DNA of 14,744 bases. It comes from Candidatus Nanohaloarchaea archaeon. GTDB lineage: Archaea > Nanohalarchaeota > Nanosalinia > Nanosalinales > Nanosalinaceae. Positions 8,113 to 14,744 of the stretch are shown piece by piece. Made by a program: the position numbers and the translations under genes. The number at the start of each line of letters is the position of its first letter. Positions within the stretch are counted from its first letter, which is position 1. The stretch lies in the NCBI GenBank assembly GCA_041640075.1, contig JBEQAY010000001.1:1-14744 (forward strand), read 5' to 3'. Below the pieces are notes generated by a model. It did no database searches. It was given only the letters and a program-made list of their open reading frames with translations, and was not told the DNA's origin.

Positions 8113-8168
8113 AAAATATATTACTCCTTCTTCAACTTCCTCAATTTCCAATTAATTTCTGAAATAAC
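8110..8168. terminator. Convergent intergenic region, probable T-rich archaeal terminator(s)
   Basis: Lies between convergent stops 8112 and 8168. The plus strand is pyrimidine-rich, and an A6 run at 8111-8116 reads T6 on the minus strand. Confidence 0.3.
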
Positions 8169-8659
8169 TATGACTTGGTTGTCTGCTGGACAATCAAGAG
8201 GAAGAACACAAGAATTAGAATAGGCATTATCACATCGTTGAAAACACTCTGCGTCTCCCCAATCAGATTGTCAATATCAATGTATGTAACTACAACTGTG
8301 ACAAATGATACAACAAATATAGTTACCGCAAAGTATCTAGGAGTACCGCCCTCAGCATACTCGTTGATATCGTAACCAGCCATCGCCACCAGAACCATGA
8401 AACCAAGCAGGCCAAAAAGACCGAAAGTAATCGCGGCCGCAAAGTTAGTGAATATACCTGCTGGAGCAAACTGGTTTATGCCAATAATAGAGAGAAAAGC
8501 CATTGCCAACGCTATAGAGCCGTTTACCTGTGTCTCTCCACTTACAACTTCATATTTCTCTAGAAGACCGTAGCTCACTGAAAGAACAAGAAGCCATGGG
8601 AGAAATAGGCGGAAGCCCATTTCCACCATGGTTTCAACGATGATCTCGAAGGCGGCCAT
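8168..8659 (-). CDS. Polytopic membrane protein (163 aa, ~5 TM), paralogue of 8673..9305
   Basis: Hydrophobic throughout. Motif GFRLFLPWLLVLSVSYGLLEK...QVNGSIALAMAFL. GGCGTGAT RBS-like sequence upstream. Confidence 0.85.
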   Translation of the reverse strand: MAAFEIIVETMVEMGFRLFLPWLLVLSVSYGLLEKYEVVSGETQVNGSIALAMAFLSIIGINQFAPAGIFTNFAAAITFGLFGLLGFMVLVAMAGYDINEYAEGGTPRYFAVTIFVVSFVTVVVTYIDIDNLIGETQSVFNDVIMPILILVFFLLIVQQTTKS

Positions 8660-8672
8660 CCAATATCACGCC

Positions 8673-9305
8673 TTATCCGTCATCATCACTGTCTCCGCCT
8701 AGCTCCTGAGTAAACAGCTTCTCTAGGAGGCTGTCCTCATCTCCATTTTCTGATGGATCTTTCATGGACCACCAGAGCAGCCCCAGTATCAGGATTATGA
8801 ATATCACTCCCGTATTTAGCGACCAGTTCAGGAATCCAAATACTGCGTTGAGTATCTGGTTCTGACTTTGGACTGGTAGGAGTGATGCGTTTAGTCCTCC
8901 TGATACTACGAATAGTGCTGCTATGAACAGTGCGGCGATGCCGCCCCAGATTCCGGTTCCCATGTTTTCCAGTTCGATTCCGAACCATCCAAGCATGACC
9001 AGCAAGCCCAGGAATCCTACCATCAGCACAGTAAATCTTCCGAGGTACTGTGTGAAGAACTGCTGGTACGCTGGATTCATCACTATAAACCTGGATGTGA
9101 AGAAGGCGAAGGCTATAGACAGAATAGCAGAGAACTGTTTCGCTCGCCCTTTATCGTCAAGTATCTGCTCCGAAACCTTCCTCAGCATGAAGAAGAATAT
9201 CGCATAGGTTATTACGAAAGGTAGCAGCCCTGTGAAAAACCCTATGTTCTCTAAGGACTGCATTAGTTGTCCGAATGAACCTGCGCCTTCAAACAGACTC
9301 GCCAT
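8673..9305 (-). CDS. Polytopic membrane protein (210 aa, ~5 TM) with acidic tail
   Basis: Motif GFFTGLLPFVITYAIFFFMLRK...KQFSAILSIAFAFF. GGTGA RBS upstream; 4-nt gap from the previous gene. Confidence 0.85.
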   Translation of the reverse strand: MASLFEGAGSFGQLMQSLENIGFFTGLLPFVITYAIFFFMLRKVSEQILDDKGRAKQFSAILSIAFAFFTSRFIVMNPAYQQFFTQYLGRFTVLMVGFLGLLVMLGWFGIELENMGTGIWGGIAALFIAALFVVSGGLNASLLPVQSQNQILNAVFGFLNWSLNTGVIFIILILGLLWWSMKDPSENGDEDSLLEKLFTQELGGDSDDDG

Positions 9306-9309
9306 TCAG

Positions 9310-9564
9310 TTATTCACCGTCCACATCCCATTTCTCGTATACAGCGTTCTTGATCAACCATAGCTCTCGGCCTATGATCATGAGAGCCAGCATCGTGACC
9401 CATGGCTCTATTGTGTTGCCAAGATCGAGGAAGCTTACAGAGCCTGGTGAAACGAATAGGACATAGATTGAGACAAAGATCGCCCCAAACGAGAGAACTG
9501 CAATCAATACTTCATCGATCCAGTTCTCGACCTCGTAGAGGTAGCGGTGTAGCTTCTTATCCAT
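9310..9564 (-). CDS. Small 2-TM membrane protein (84 aa)
   Basis: Two hydrophobic helices (VLIAVLSFGAIFVSIYVLFV; PWVTMLALMIIGRELWLI). Its ATG overlaps the upstream stop (TAATG), with GGAGGT RBS upstream. Confidence 0.8.
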   Translation of the reverse strand: MDKKLHRYLYEVENWIDEVLIAVLSFGAIFVSIYVLFVSPGSVSFLDLGNTIEPWVTMLALMIIGRELWLIKNAVYEKWDVDGE

Positions 9565-9701
9565 TAGAAATTACCTCCCATTCCGCCACCGCCAAACTTG
9601 CTTTGGATTTTAGCTCCAATATATCCAATCGCCAGCCCGGCGATAAGAACTGTTGGATTATTCATTGCTTGGGTCATTATAGCACTTGCGCTGAAAGCCA
9701 T
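9564..9701 (-). CDS. 45-aa single-TM protein with glycine-zipper-like helix and Gly/Phe tail; not in ORF track
   Basis: Translated by hand: MAFSASAIMTQAMNNPTVLIAGLAIGYIGAKIQSKFGGGGMGGNF*. GAGGTA RBS lies 8 nt upstream, there is a strong TATA further upstream, and it has a TAATG overlap with the next gene. Confidence 0.8.
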   Translation of the reverse strand: MAFSASAIMTQAMNNPTVLIAGLAIGYIGAKIQSKFGGGGMGGNF

Positions 9702-9740
9702 ATTTTTAATACCTCTATACCATTACGTTGTCTTTCCTCC

Positions 9741-9756
9741 TTTATATAATTAAAAC
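9741..9756 (-). promoter_or_regulatory. Strong TATA box for the 9701->8168 membrane-protein operon
   Basis: Minus strand reads GTTTTAATTATATAAA about 40-55 nt upstream of ATG 9701, leaving room for a short leader that contains the GAGGTA RBS. Confidence 0.6.
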
Positions 9757-9780
9757 CCGAACGTCACAATGCCTAAGAGT

Positions 9781-12168
9781 CTATTCGAACATATCCATGC
9801 CATTAACCAAATCAAGCTCCTCAGAGATATCTTGATAGATCAATTCTTCCTTTTCGTTGATGTCTTTTATTTTAGCGTGAATTTCCTCAAGCATTTCTGT
9901 AGCATCGCTCTTTTCAGGTAGCTCTCTCTGGTGCTCATGCAGTATCTCAAGAAGTTGCTGCACTCTCCGATCTTCCTTGCTCTCGACCTTTGCAACCTGT
10001 CCAAGAAGCTCTGTCTCGTGTCTATCTTCTTTAGATACCTTCTCAAGCAGATCTTCTGCTGCTTCCAGCATCTCCTTCCCCTTTCCTTCAGAGAATTCCT
10101 GCATGTAATTATAGACTTCTTCTTCATCAAGCATACTCATCTCCATCCTGAATTCCTTCATAGCTCCCTCTCTGTATTCCTCAGGGATATCATCCAGATC
10201 ATTTTTCAGTTGCTCAATCCTTCCATGAATCCTCTGCCAGCCGTCAGCCATTCGCTCTACTTTCTCGTAAACTTCTCTGAAATCTTCTACTGCCTGGAAG
10301 AAGTCTTTCTCTTCACCATCCTCCTTCTCAACCTGTCTTGAAATAGAGTCATCTATCTCCCCGAGCCTGCCCAGTATCTGATGAACTACCTCATCGAGAG
10401 TTCCATCCAATCTATGTTTCTCCCCGTCATGGGTAAATTCTGTGTTAACTTCAGGCCTACCCCACTCAAAGTCTCCATCAAGATCAGATTCCACGGCTTG
10501 AAGTGCCTTACCCACATACTCTAGGGTACTCTCTATCTCCTCATCTTTCTTTATATCATCTTTTTTGTTATCTTTCAGCTCGTCAAGTTCCATTCCTGTC
10601 TGTTCCAGTTCTTTCTTAAGCTGCTCGAACTCCTTGGATAGATTATTCTTGTCCAGAGAGCTGAAATGATCCTCCAGAATGTGATCTATGTCTGTTACAG
10701 CACGATCAACCTTGCGAGTCTTTTCACGTTCTATATCACTTACATAGCCGTACTCTTCATCCTCCATCTGCTCAAGTTTGCTCTCAAGATGTTCAGCACT
10801 CTCCACTTTCTCCAAGGTGTTCTTTATCCTTCTATCCATTATCAGAATATTTTCGATATCGGTTGCCTCCAGTCTCTCTATCTCTTCTGAGGTTCTTACC
10901 ATCTTACTGTATTCTTCGGTTACACTTTCAACCATTTGCTTCTCTCTTCCATCCGGAAAAGCATCACCTAACCGTTTAAGGAATTCGTGAGGTCTTACTG
11001 AGGCTCCGTGCTCATGTCCTTCAATTCTTGAACGAAGCTGCTCATCTTCCCCCGCAACATGGTCAACAACACTGAAGCTCTGCTGCATGATGTTGTGGGC
11101 TCTTTCAAAGGCCTCAATCATCCAGGCCTCCTGTCTTAAAATCTGCTCTGAATCTGATTTAAGTTCGAAAGTCTCCTCCTCTTCAGACTCAACCTTTTGA
11201 AGTATAGCATCCATATTCTGTTCTATTATATCGTTATCAGCGTCACTACTTTTTATTTCCGAAGCTATATCCTCTGCTATCTGCTCCCTGTCCTCAAGCT
11301 GCTGTATATTAAGTCTTACCTTCATAAGCTGCAGGAAAATATTCTCATTACGTTCTACTAGACCTGCAAGGTCTTCAAGAGTATCTCTTTTACCTTCAGC
11401 CTCTTCAGAGGCATTGGATGCAAGAGGTTTGAGTACCTTTGTATTGATTTTCTGAAGATCTTCAAGTGCATGAGCTAAGCCATATCTGTTGCTCCGGGAA
11501 TATGTACTGCTACTGTATCCTATACCCCAGTCATCGATGGCCTTGGAAGCGGACTCAAAATCCAGTCCCTGCATCCCCGAGTCAAGCCCCGACTCCTGAA
11601 CTCCATATGGATCATCTCCAATAATAATTTTCTCGACATCAGTACGGCGCAAATCCGCGAGATTATCTGGCAGTTGGCGGTGAAGATTATCTATAAACGT
11701 CAGAACCCTGTTTAAACGGTGAGTCCAGTCTCCTATAACCTCTTCTTCCCCAGACTCAACATCCAGTTCTCTTTCAAGCTCATCAACAGCCCGCTGCATA
11801 TCACTCCTGTTCCTCTCCATGATGTCTCTCAGAGAACCTCCATACCTGGTAGACGACATTAGTTTTTCAACATCCTTGATAAGGACCTGAATACCTCCTG
11901 TTTCTCCACCTCTGTATTCATTGATTGTCTCCTCTCCAATAGAATGGTCGGACATCTGATCAAGCCATTCACCTTCAGCTTCTTCAGCATTCTGGGGGAA
12001 ACTTACCTCATGATTTGATATATCTAGCACCAGCTCAGGTTTTGGTTTAAGATCTCCTGACTCTATACGCTCTTGGATCTCACTTGAACCACCAATTGAT
12101 GTAAAACCGGATTTAACATCCGAAAGCTTATCCATCAAACCTTTATCGCCGTCTTCTTGATCAGCCAT
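9781..12168 (-). CDS. Large acidic soluble coiled-coil protein (795 aa), function unknown
   Basis: E/D/K/L-rich heptad pattern over most of its length. No TM segment, signal peptide or Walker A motif. It shares aligned blocks with 12209..13957. Confidence 0.88.
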   Translation of the reverse strand: MADQEDGDKGLMDKLSDVKSGFTSIGGSSEIQERIESGDLKPKPELVLDISNHEVSFPQNAEEAEGEWLDQMSDHSIGEETINEYRGGETGGIQVLIKDVEKLMSSTRYGGSLRDIMERNRSDMQRAVDELERELDVESGEEEVIGDWTHRLNRVLTFIDNLHRQLPDNLADLRRTDVEKIIIGDDPYGVQESGLDSGMQGLDFESASKAIDDWGIGYSSSTYSRSNRYGLAHALEDLQKINTKVLKPLASNASEEAEGKRDTLEDLAGLVERNENIFLQLMKVRLNIQQLEDREQIAEDIASEIKSSDADNDIIEQNMDAILQKVESEEEETFELKSDSEQILRQEAWMIEAFERAHNIMQQSFSVVDHVAGEDEQLRSRIEGHEHGASVRPHEFLKRLGDAFPDGREKQMVESVTEEYSKMVRTSEEIERLEATDIENILIMDRRIKNTLEKVESAEHLESKLEQMEDEEYGYVSDIEREKTRKVDRAVTDIDHILEDHFSSLDKNNLSKEFEQLKKELEQTGMELDELKDNKKDDIKKDEEIESTLEYVGKALQAVESDLDGDFEWGRPEVNTEFTHDGEKHRLDGTLDEVVHQILGRLGEIDDSISRQVEKEDGEEKDFFQAVEDFREVYEKVERMADGWQRIHGRIEQLKNDLDDIPEEYREGAMKEFRMEMSMLDEEEVYNYMQEFSEGKGKEMLEAAEDLLEKVSKEDRHETELLGQVAKVESKEDRRVQQLLEILHEHQRELPEKSDATEMLEEIHAKIKDINEKEELIYQDISEELDLVNGMDMFE

Positions 12169-12180
12169 GGTAAATACTGT

Positions 12181-12206
12181 TTATAACTTATTGAAAAGAG
12201 TTTCCT
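12181..12206 (-). promoter_or_regulatory. Putative promoter of 9781..12168
   Basis: Minus strand reads AGGAAACTCTTTTCAATAAGTTATAA. AGGAAACT ends exactly 30 nt before the ATG, as it does upstream of ATG 131. Confidence 0.4.
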
Positions 12207-12208
12207 AA

Positions 12209-13957
12209 TCAGGTATATCTCGTATCTCCTTCACCCAGCCAGTCTCGGAGATCTTCACCTATCTCACTAGCTATCTTGTTTTGACCTTCATTCTCAGCAG
12301 CCTCACCAAGAATACTTTCCATCCTTCCGTACACTTCCCTTTCCTCATCTTCAAACTGATTAATCATTGTCTCCATCTCATCATGCAACGTAGAAATCTT
12401 GTCTATAATATCACTCATGATCGCGGCTCCATCTTCAAGGATGTCATTATCTATGGCGGGAGGAGTATCAGCCTGCGAATTTCCAAAGGCATCTCTAAAT
12501 CTAATAACTGTATCTTCCAACCCGGACTCCCACTTCAATTCCTCCTTTAGTTGCTCTATTTCTTTACCATCGTATTCCAAAAATCTTGAAGTCGTTCCCA
12601 AAACAGATTCTATTTTTGACTCAATCTCTGACTCATAGTCCTCCAGCTGGCTTATTATATCTTCAACCTTCTTTTCCTCACTTATCATGCTCTCGGATGC
12701 GTTATGAAGCTTCTCAAGTTTCCCTTTCTCCTCTATGGCTTCCATCTTTTCAGAATCTTCCTCAAGTTCTTCAAGAATATTAATCATCTTTCTAATCAAA
12801 GACTGAGCTCTTATAGCTTTCTCAACCACATTTTCAAAGTCCTTTGTTGCCTCAGCAAGATCACCAGATTCATCTTGATAATCTTTTTCTGCAATTCTCA
12901 AATCCTCCTGAATCTTCTGAATATCCTCTTCAATACCACCTAAACCATACTCCGAAGGTAGATCCACCTCATCGATATCAGCTTCAAAATTAGGATCGTT
13001 GATATCCAAACTGCCTTCAATAAATCTCTTTACTTGATTTTTACTGTAGGTGCCAGAACCGGTGTTTATAATCTCGCCACGACTAGGATGATCAACTATC
13101 CACGTAGTAACTTCACTACCTCCATTGGCAGCTGTCTCAAGGTAAAGTCTCACCCTCTTAATCCTGTTCCCAATGTCTGAAAGTCTTGCTTCTTCATCAC
13201 TCTCGTCTCTAACAGCATTAGCATAATCTCTGTGAGCTTCCTCAAGTCTGTCTCCCATGGCTTCAAAATCTTCTCCTAGATCGGGTGCTACCGCTTTCAT
13301 CAACTTAACTGTATTTTCAAACTCTTTCTCAGCATCCTGTAGATTTCCTTCCTCTGCATCTTTCTCTCCGCCCCGCATGCTTTCATAGGCCTGTCCTATT
13401 CTATCAGCAGCTCCAGAAAGCGCTTGATCCGCACCTACCTGTTTACCAGCCTCTTCTACCCCTTTTGCACCTGCTCTTAATCCAAGAGCGCCAGAAAAAG
13501 GGATGCTGCCCAAAGCTGCGCCTCCACCACCTAAGATAACGAAAGCAGCCGCAGCCACAAAGCCAAGGCCTAGTGCCAAAGTAATTAGTGATTGAAAACC
13601 ATTAACTATACCAGCGCTACCTGCTCCGAACGTACCAGCAATAGTAAACAATACAGATAATACCGCCACTAGATTTCTTCCATCACTCCCTCCAAACAAG
13701 TCTCTGTCGGATATATAAGATGAGCGCTCAGAAGCGGAACGGAACAGTATCTTGAAAATCATATACACAGAAAGATTCATGAAGGCAAAAGTTGCCAAGA
13801 AAGCCATCAGATTCGTCATGTTACCTTCTATCCCTAGAACCTGGGTAATCAGAGGTATAACACCTACAAATCCTTGACTAGAATCAGTAATTGCCGCTAC
13901 CGAGAAAGGGGTTACTGCAACCGCTGACAACAATAACCTGACCAATCTCCTTGGCAT
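12209..13957 (-). CDS. Membrane-anchored acidic coiled-coil protein (582 aa)
   Basis: Signal-peptide-like N-terminus (MPRRLVRLLLSAVAVTPFSVAA), about 3-4 hydrophobic helices in aa 30-160, a G/A-rich segment, then about 400 aa of acidic heptad-rich sequence. An AT-rich TATTTAAG element ends 24 nt upstream of the ATG. Confidence 0.88.
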   Translation of the reverse strand: MPRRLVRLLLSAVAVTPFSVAAITDSSQGFVGVIPLITQVLGIEGNMTNLMAFLATFAFMNLSVYMIFKILFRSASERSSYISDRDLFGGSDGRNLVAVLSVLFTIAGTFGAGSAGIVNGFQSLITLALGLGFVAAAAFVILGGGGAALGSIPFSGALGLRAGAKGVEEAGKQVGADQALSGAADRIGQAYESMRGGEKDAEEGNLQDAEKEFENTVKLMKAVAPDLGEDFEAMGDRLEEAHRDYANAVRDESDEEARLSDIGNRIKRVRLYLETAANGGSEVTTWIVDHPSRGEIINTGSGTYSKNQVKRFIEGSLDINDPNFEADIDEVDLPSEYGLGGIEEDIQKIQEDLRIAEKDYQDESGDLAEATKDFENVVEKAIRAQSLIRKMINILEELEEDSEKMEAIEEKGKLEKLHNASESMISEEKKVEDIISQLEDYESEIESKIESVLGTTSRFLEYDGKEIEQLKEELKWESGLEDTVIRFRDAFGNSQADTPPAIDNDILEDGAAIMSDIIDKISTLHDEMETMINQFEDEEREVYGRMESILGEAAENEGQNKIASEIGEDLRDWLGEGDTRYT

Positions 13958-14008
13958 ATACCTGTAATTAACTTTTAATGACTTAAATATTGAAGGTTTC
14001 CATGACTT

Positions 14009-14455
14009 CTAACTGAAGGCCTGCCAGAGAACCCAGAGAAATGCCGCCACTATAGCAAAGAAAAACACGTAACTAATTGTGCCGAACAGAACAGCGATGT
14101 AGTCCTGGAAAACTTGGAAATACGGACTTGGAACAATCATCCCTGTAACTGCCAGAGACATCAGCATCGAGTACTTTCTGACACGCTTCTTTTCCGCACT
14201 CCTTGAACCCGCGACAAGCAGTCCGTCATCGTCTGCATAAGAGAATGAAAGTGCTTTCTCAAACCCTCTCTGAAAGATGATTGCTATCAGAAGAAACGGA
14301 GCAACAAAATTTGTCAGAGCAGTCCTTGGATCCTCCAGCGAGTCATAGAAACCTTCGGTGGCCGAGTAGCTGAAGAGGTCTCCATGAAAACCTGAACCCA
14401 GGCTTGCAAAAATAAGTACAAGGAAGAAAATCGAGAGCAGTCTTTTACTCTCCAA
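14009..14455 (-). CDS. Membrane protein (~148 aa) with signal-peptide-like N-terminus and the paralogous membrane-hairpin domain
   Basis: The ORF track starts at 14587, but that overlaps the upstream gene by 143 nt. In-frame TTG 14455 (MESKRLLSIFFLVLIFASLGSG...) has a GGTGA RBS 8 nt upstream and overlaps the upstream gene by only 11 nt. Motif LTNFVAPFLLIAIIFQRGFEK...RKYSMLMSLAVTGMIV. Confidence 0.75.
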   Translation of the reverse strand: MESKRLLSIFFLVLIFASLGSGFHGDLFSYSATEGFYDSLEDPRTALTNFVAPFLLIAIIFQRGFEKALSFSYADDDGLLVAGSRSAEKKRVRKYSMLMSLAVTGMIVPSPYFQVFQDYIAVLFGTISYVFFFAIVAAFLWVLWQAFS

Positions 14456-14744
14456 AGTCCATGTCACCGCCGCCGAAGTCATCGTCTCCGCCACCAGCGT
14501 CACCGCCGAAGTCTCCTCCGCCGCCTCCACCGGAGCCAAAGCCGCCTTCACGGACTTTTTCGATATAAGCCGGGATAACCTCGTCAATCATGAAACCTGC
14601 GAAGAGACCCGTACCCGCAATAACAGCAAACCTGGCCATCGTCTCAGATAGCCCAACGTTACTGGCAACAACACTTGTTAAACCGATAGAAGCAAGATAA
14701 CCTATCACCGCCGCCAGCGGAAACGCCAGATACTTCCACGGATC
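14445..14744 (-). CDS. Small membrane protein with Gly/Asp/Phe-rich C-terminal tail (5' end truncated by window edge)
   Basis: The frame is open to the window end: DPWKYLAFPLAAVIGYLASIGLTSVVASNVGLSETMARFAVIAGTGLFAGFMIDEVIPAYIEKVRE followed by the tail GGFGSGGGGGDFGGDAGGGDDDFGGGDMDFGE*. Two TM helices are visible. Confidence 0.8.
   Translation of the reverse strand, partial: DPWKYLAFPLAAVIGYLASIGLTSVVASNVGLSETMARFAVIAGTGLFAGFMIDEVIPAYIEKVREGGFGSGGGGGGDFGGDAGGGDDDFGGGDMDFGE
14448..14548 (-). repeat. Imperfect coding repeat (GGC/GGA-rich; GACTT(C/T)GG x3) encoding DFG(G) units
   Basis: The plus strand shows CACCGCCGCCGAAGTC, CACCGCCGAAGTC and CCAAAGTC copies, which translate to GDFGG, DDFGG and MDFGE. 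Confidence 0.55.

Noticed and set aside
9715..9740. GGAGG followed by mini-ORF ATG GTA TAG upstream of the 45-aa gene (possible uORF)
   Set aside because: GGAGG lies immediately after the TATA box and so probably upstream of the transcription start; a 2-codon ORF is expected by chance.
9781..12168. SMC/Rad50 or chemoreceptor identity for the large coiled-coil proteins
   Set aside because: No Walker A/B, LSGG signature, CxxC hook or MCP hairpin-tip motif is visible; any database hits would likely be generic coiled-coil matches.
6605..12943. Remaining short overlapping ORFs (e.g. 6605..7075, 6751..6996, 7499..7681, 8175..8375, 8737..8988, 8923..9207, 9275..9466, 9402..9749, 9867..10990 group, 12281..12943 group; also 216..476)
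   Set aside because: They are shadows of longer coherent genes and have no independent start signals or plausible composition.
14456..14587. N-terminal 44 aa of ORF-track gene 14009..14587
   Set aside because: This is an alternative-frame read of the Gly-rich tail of the upstream gene; TTG 14455 with a GGTGA RBS is the better start.

Overview
Gene-dense archaeal window with very acidic proteins, archaeal BRE/TATA-like promoters and GGTGA/GAGGT ribosome-binding sites. It is most consistent with a halophilic DPANN archaeon (Nanohaloarchaeota-like); this is an inference from composition and gene content. The core is a type IV filament assembly module: a VirB11/TadA/ArlI-superfamily ATPase (4459-6726) and a TadC/ArlJ-like membrane platform (2271-4445). 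Downstream lie a pilin-like 55-aa gene, a 28-aa membrane micro-ORF and a 367-aa membrane-anchored, Cys-containing surface protein. Two acidic, predicted trimeric coiled-coil proteins are encoded divergently. A long minus-strand run follows, with four paralogous copies of one membrane-hairpin domain, two large coiled-coil proteins sharing a helical-hairpin domain, and small Gly/Phe-tailed membrane proteins. Three small genes (1952-2119, 2127-2213, 9564-9701) are missing from the ORF track. No archaellins, ArlH, prepilin peptidase, RNA genes, CRISPR array or mobile element were seen. Best hypothesis (inference): a DPANN envelope machine combining a pilus motor, coiled-coil fibres and a paralogous membrane complex, possibly used for host attachment or contact.
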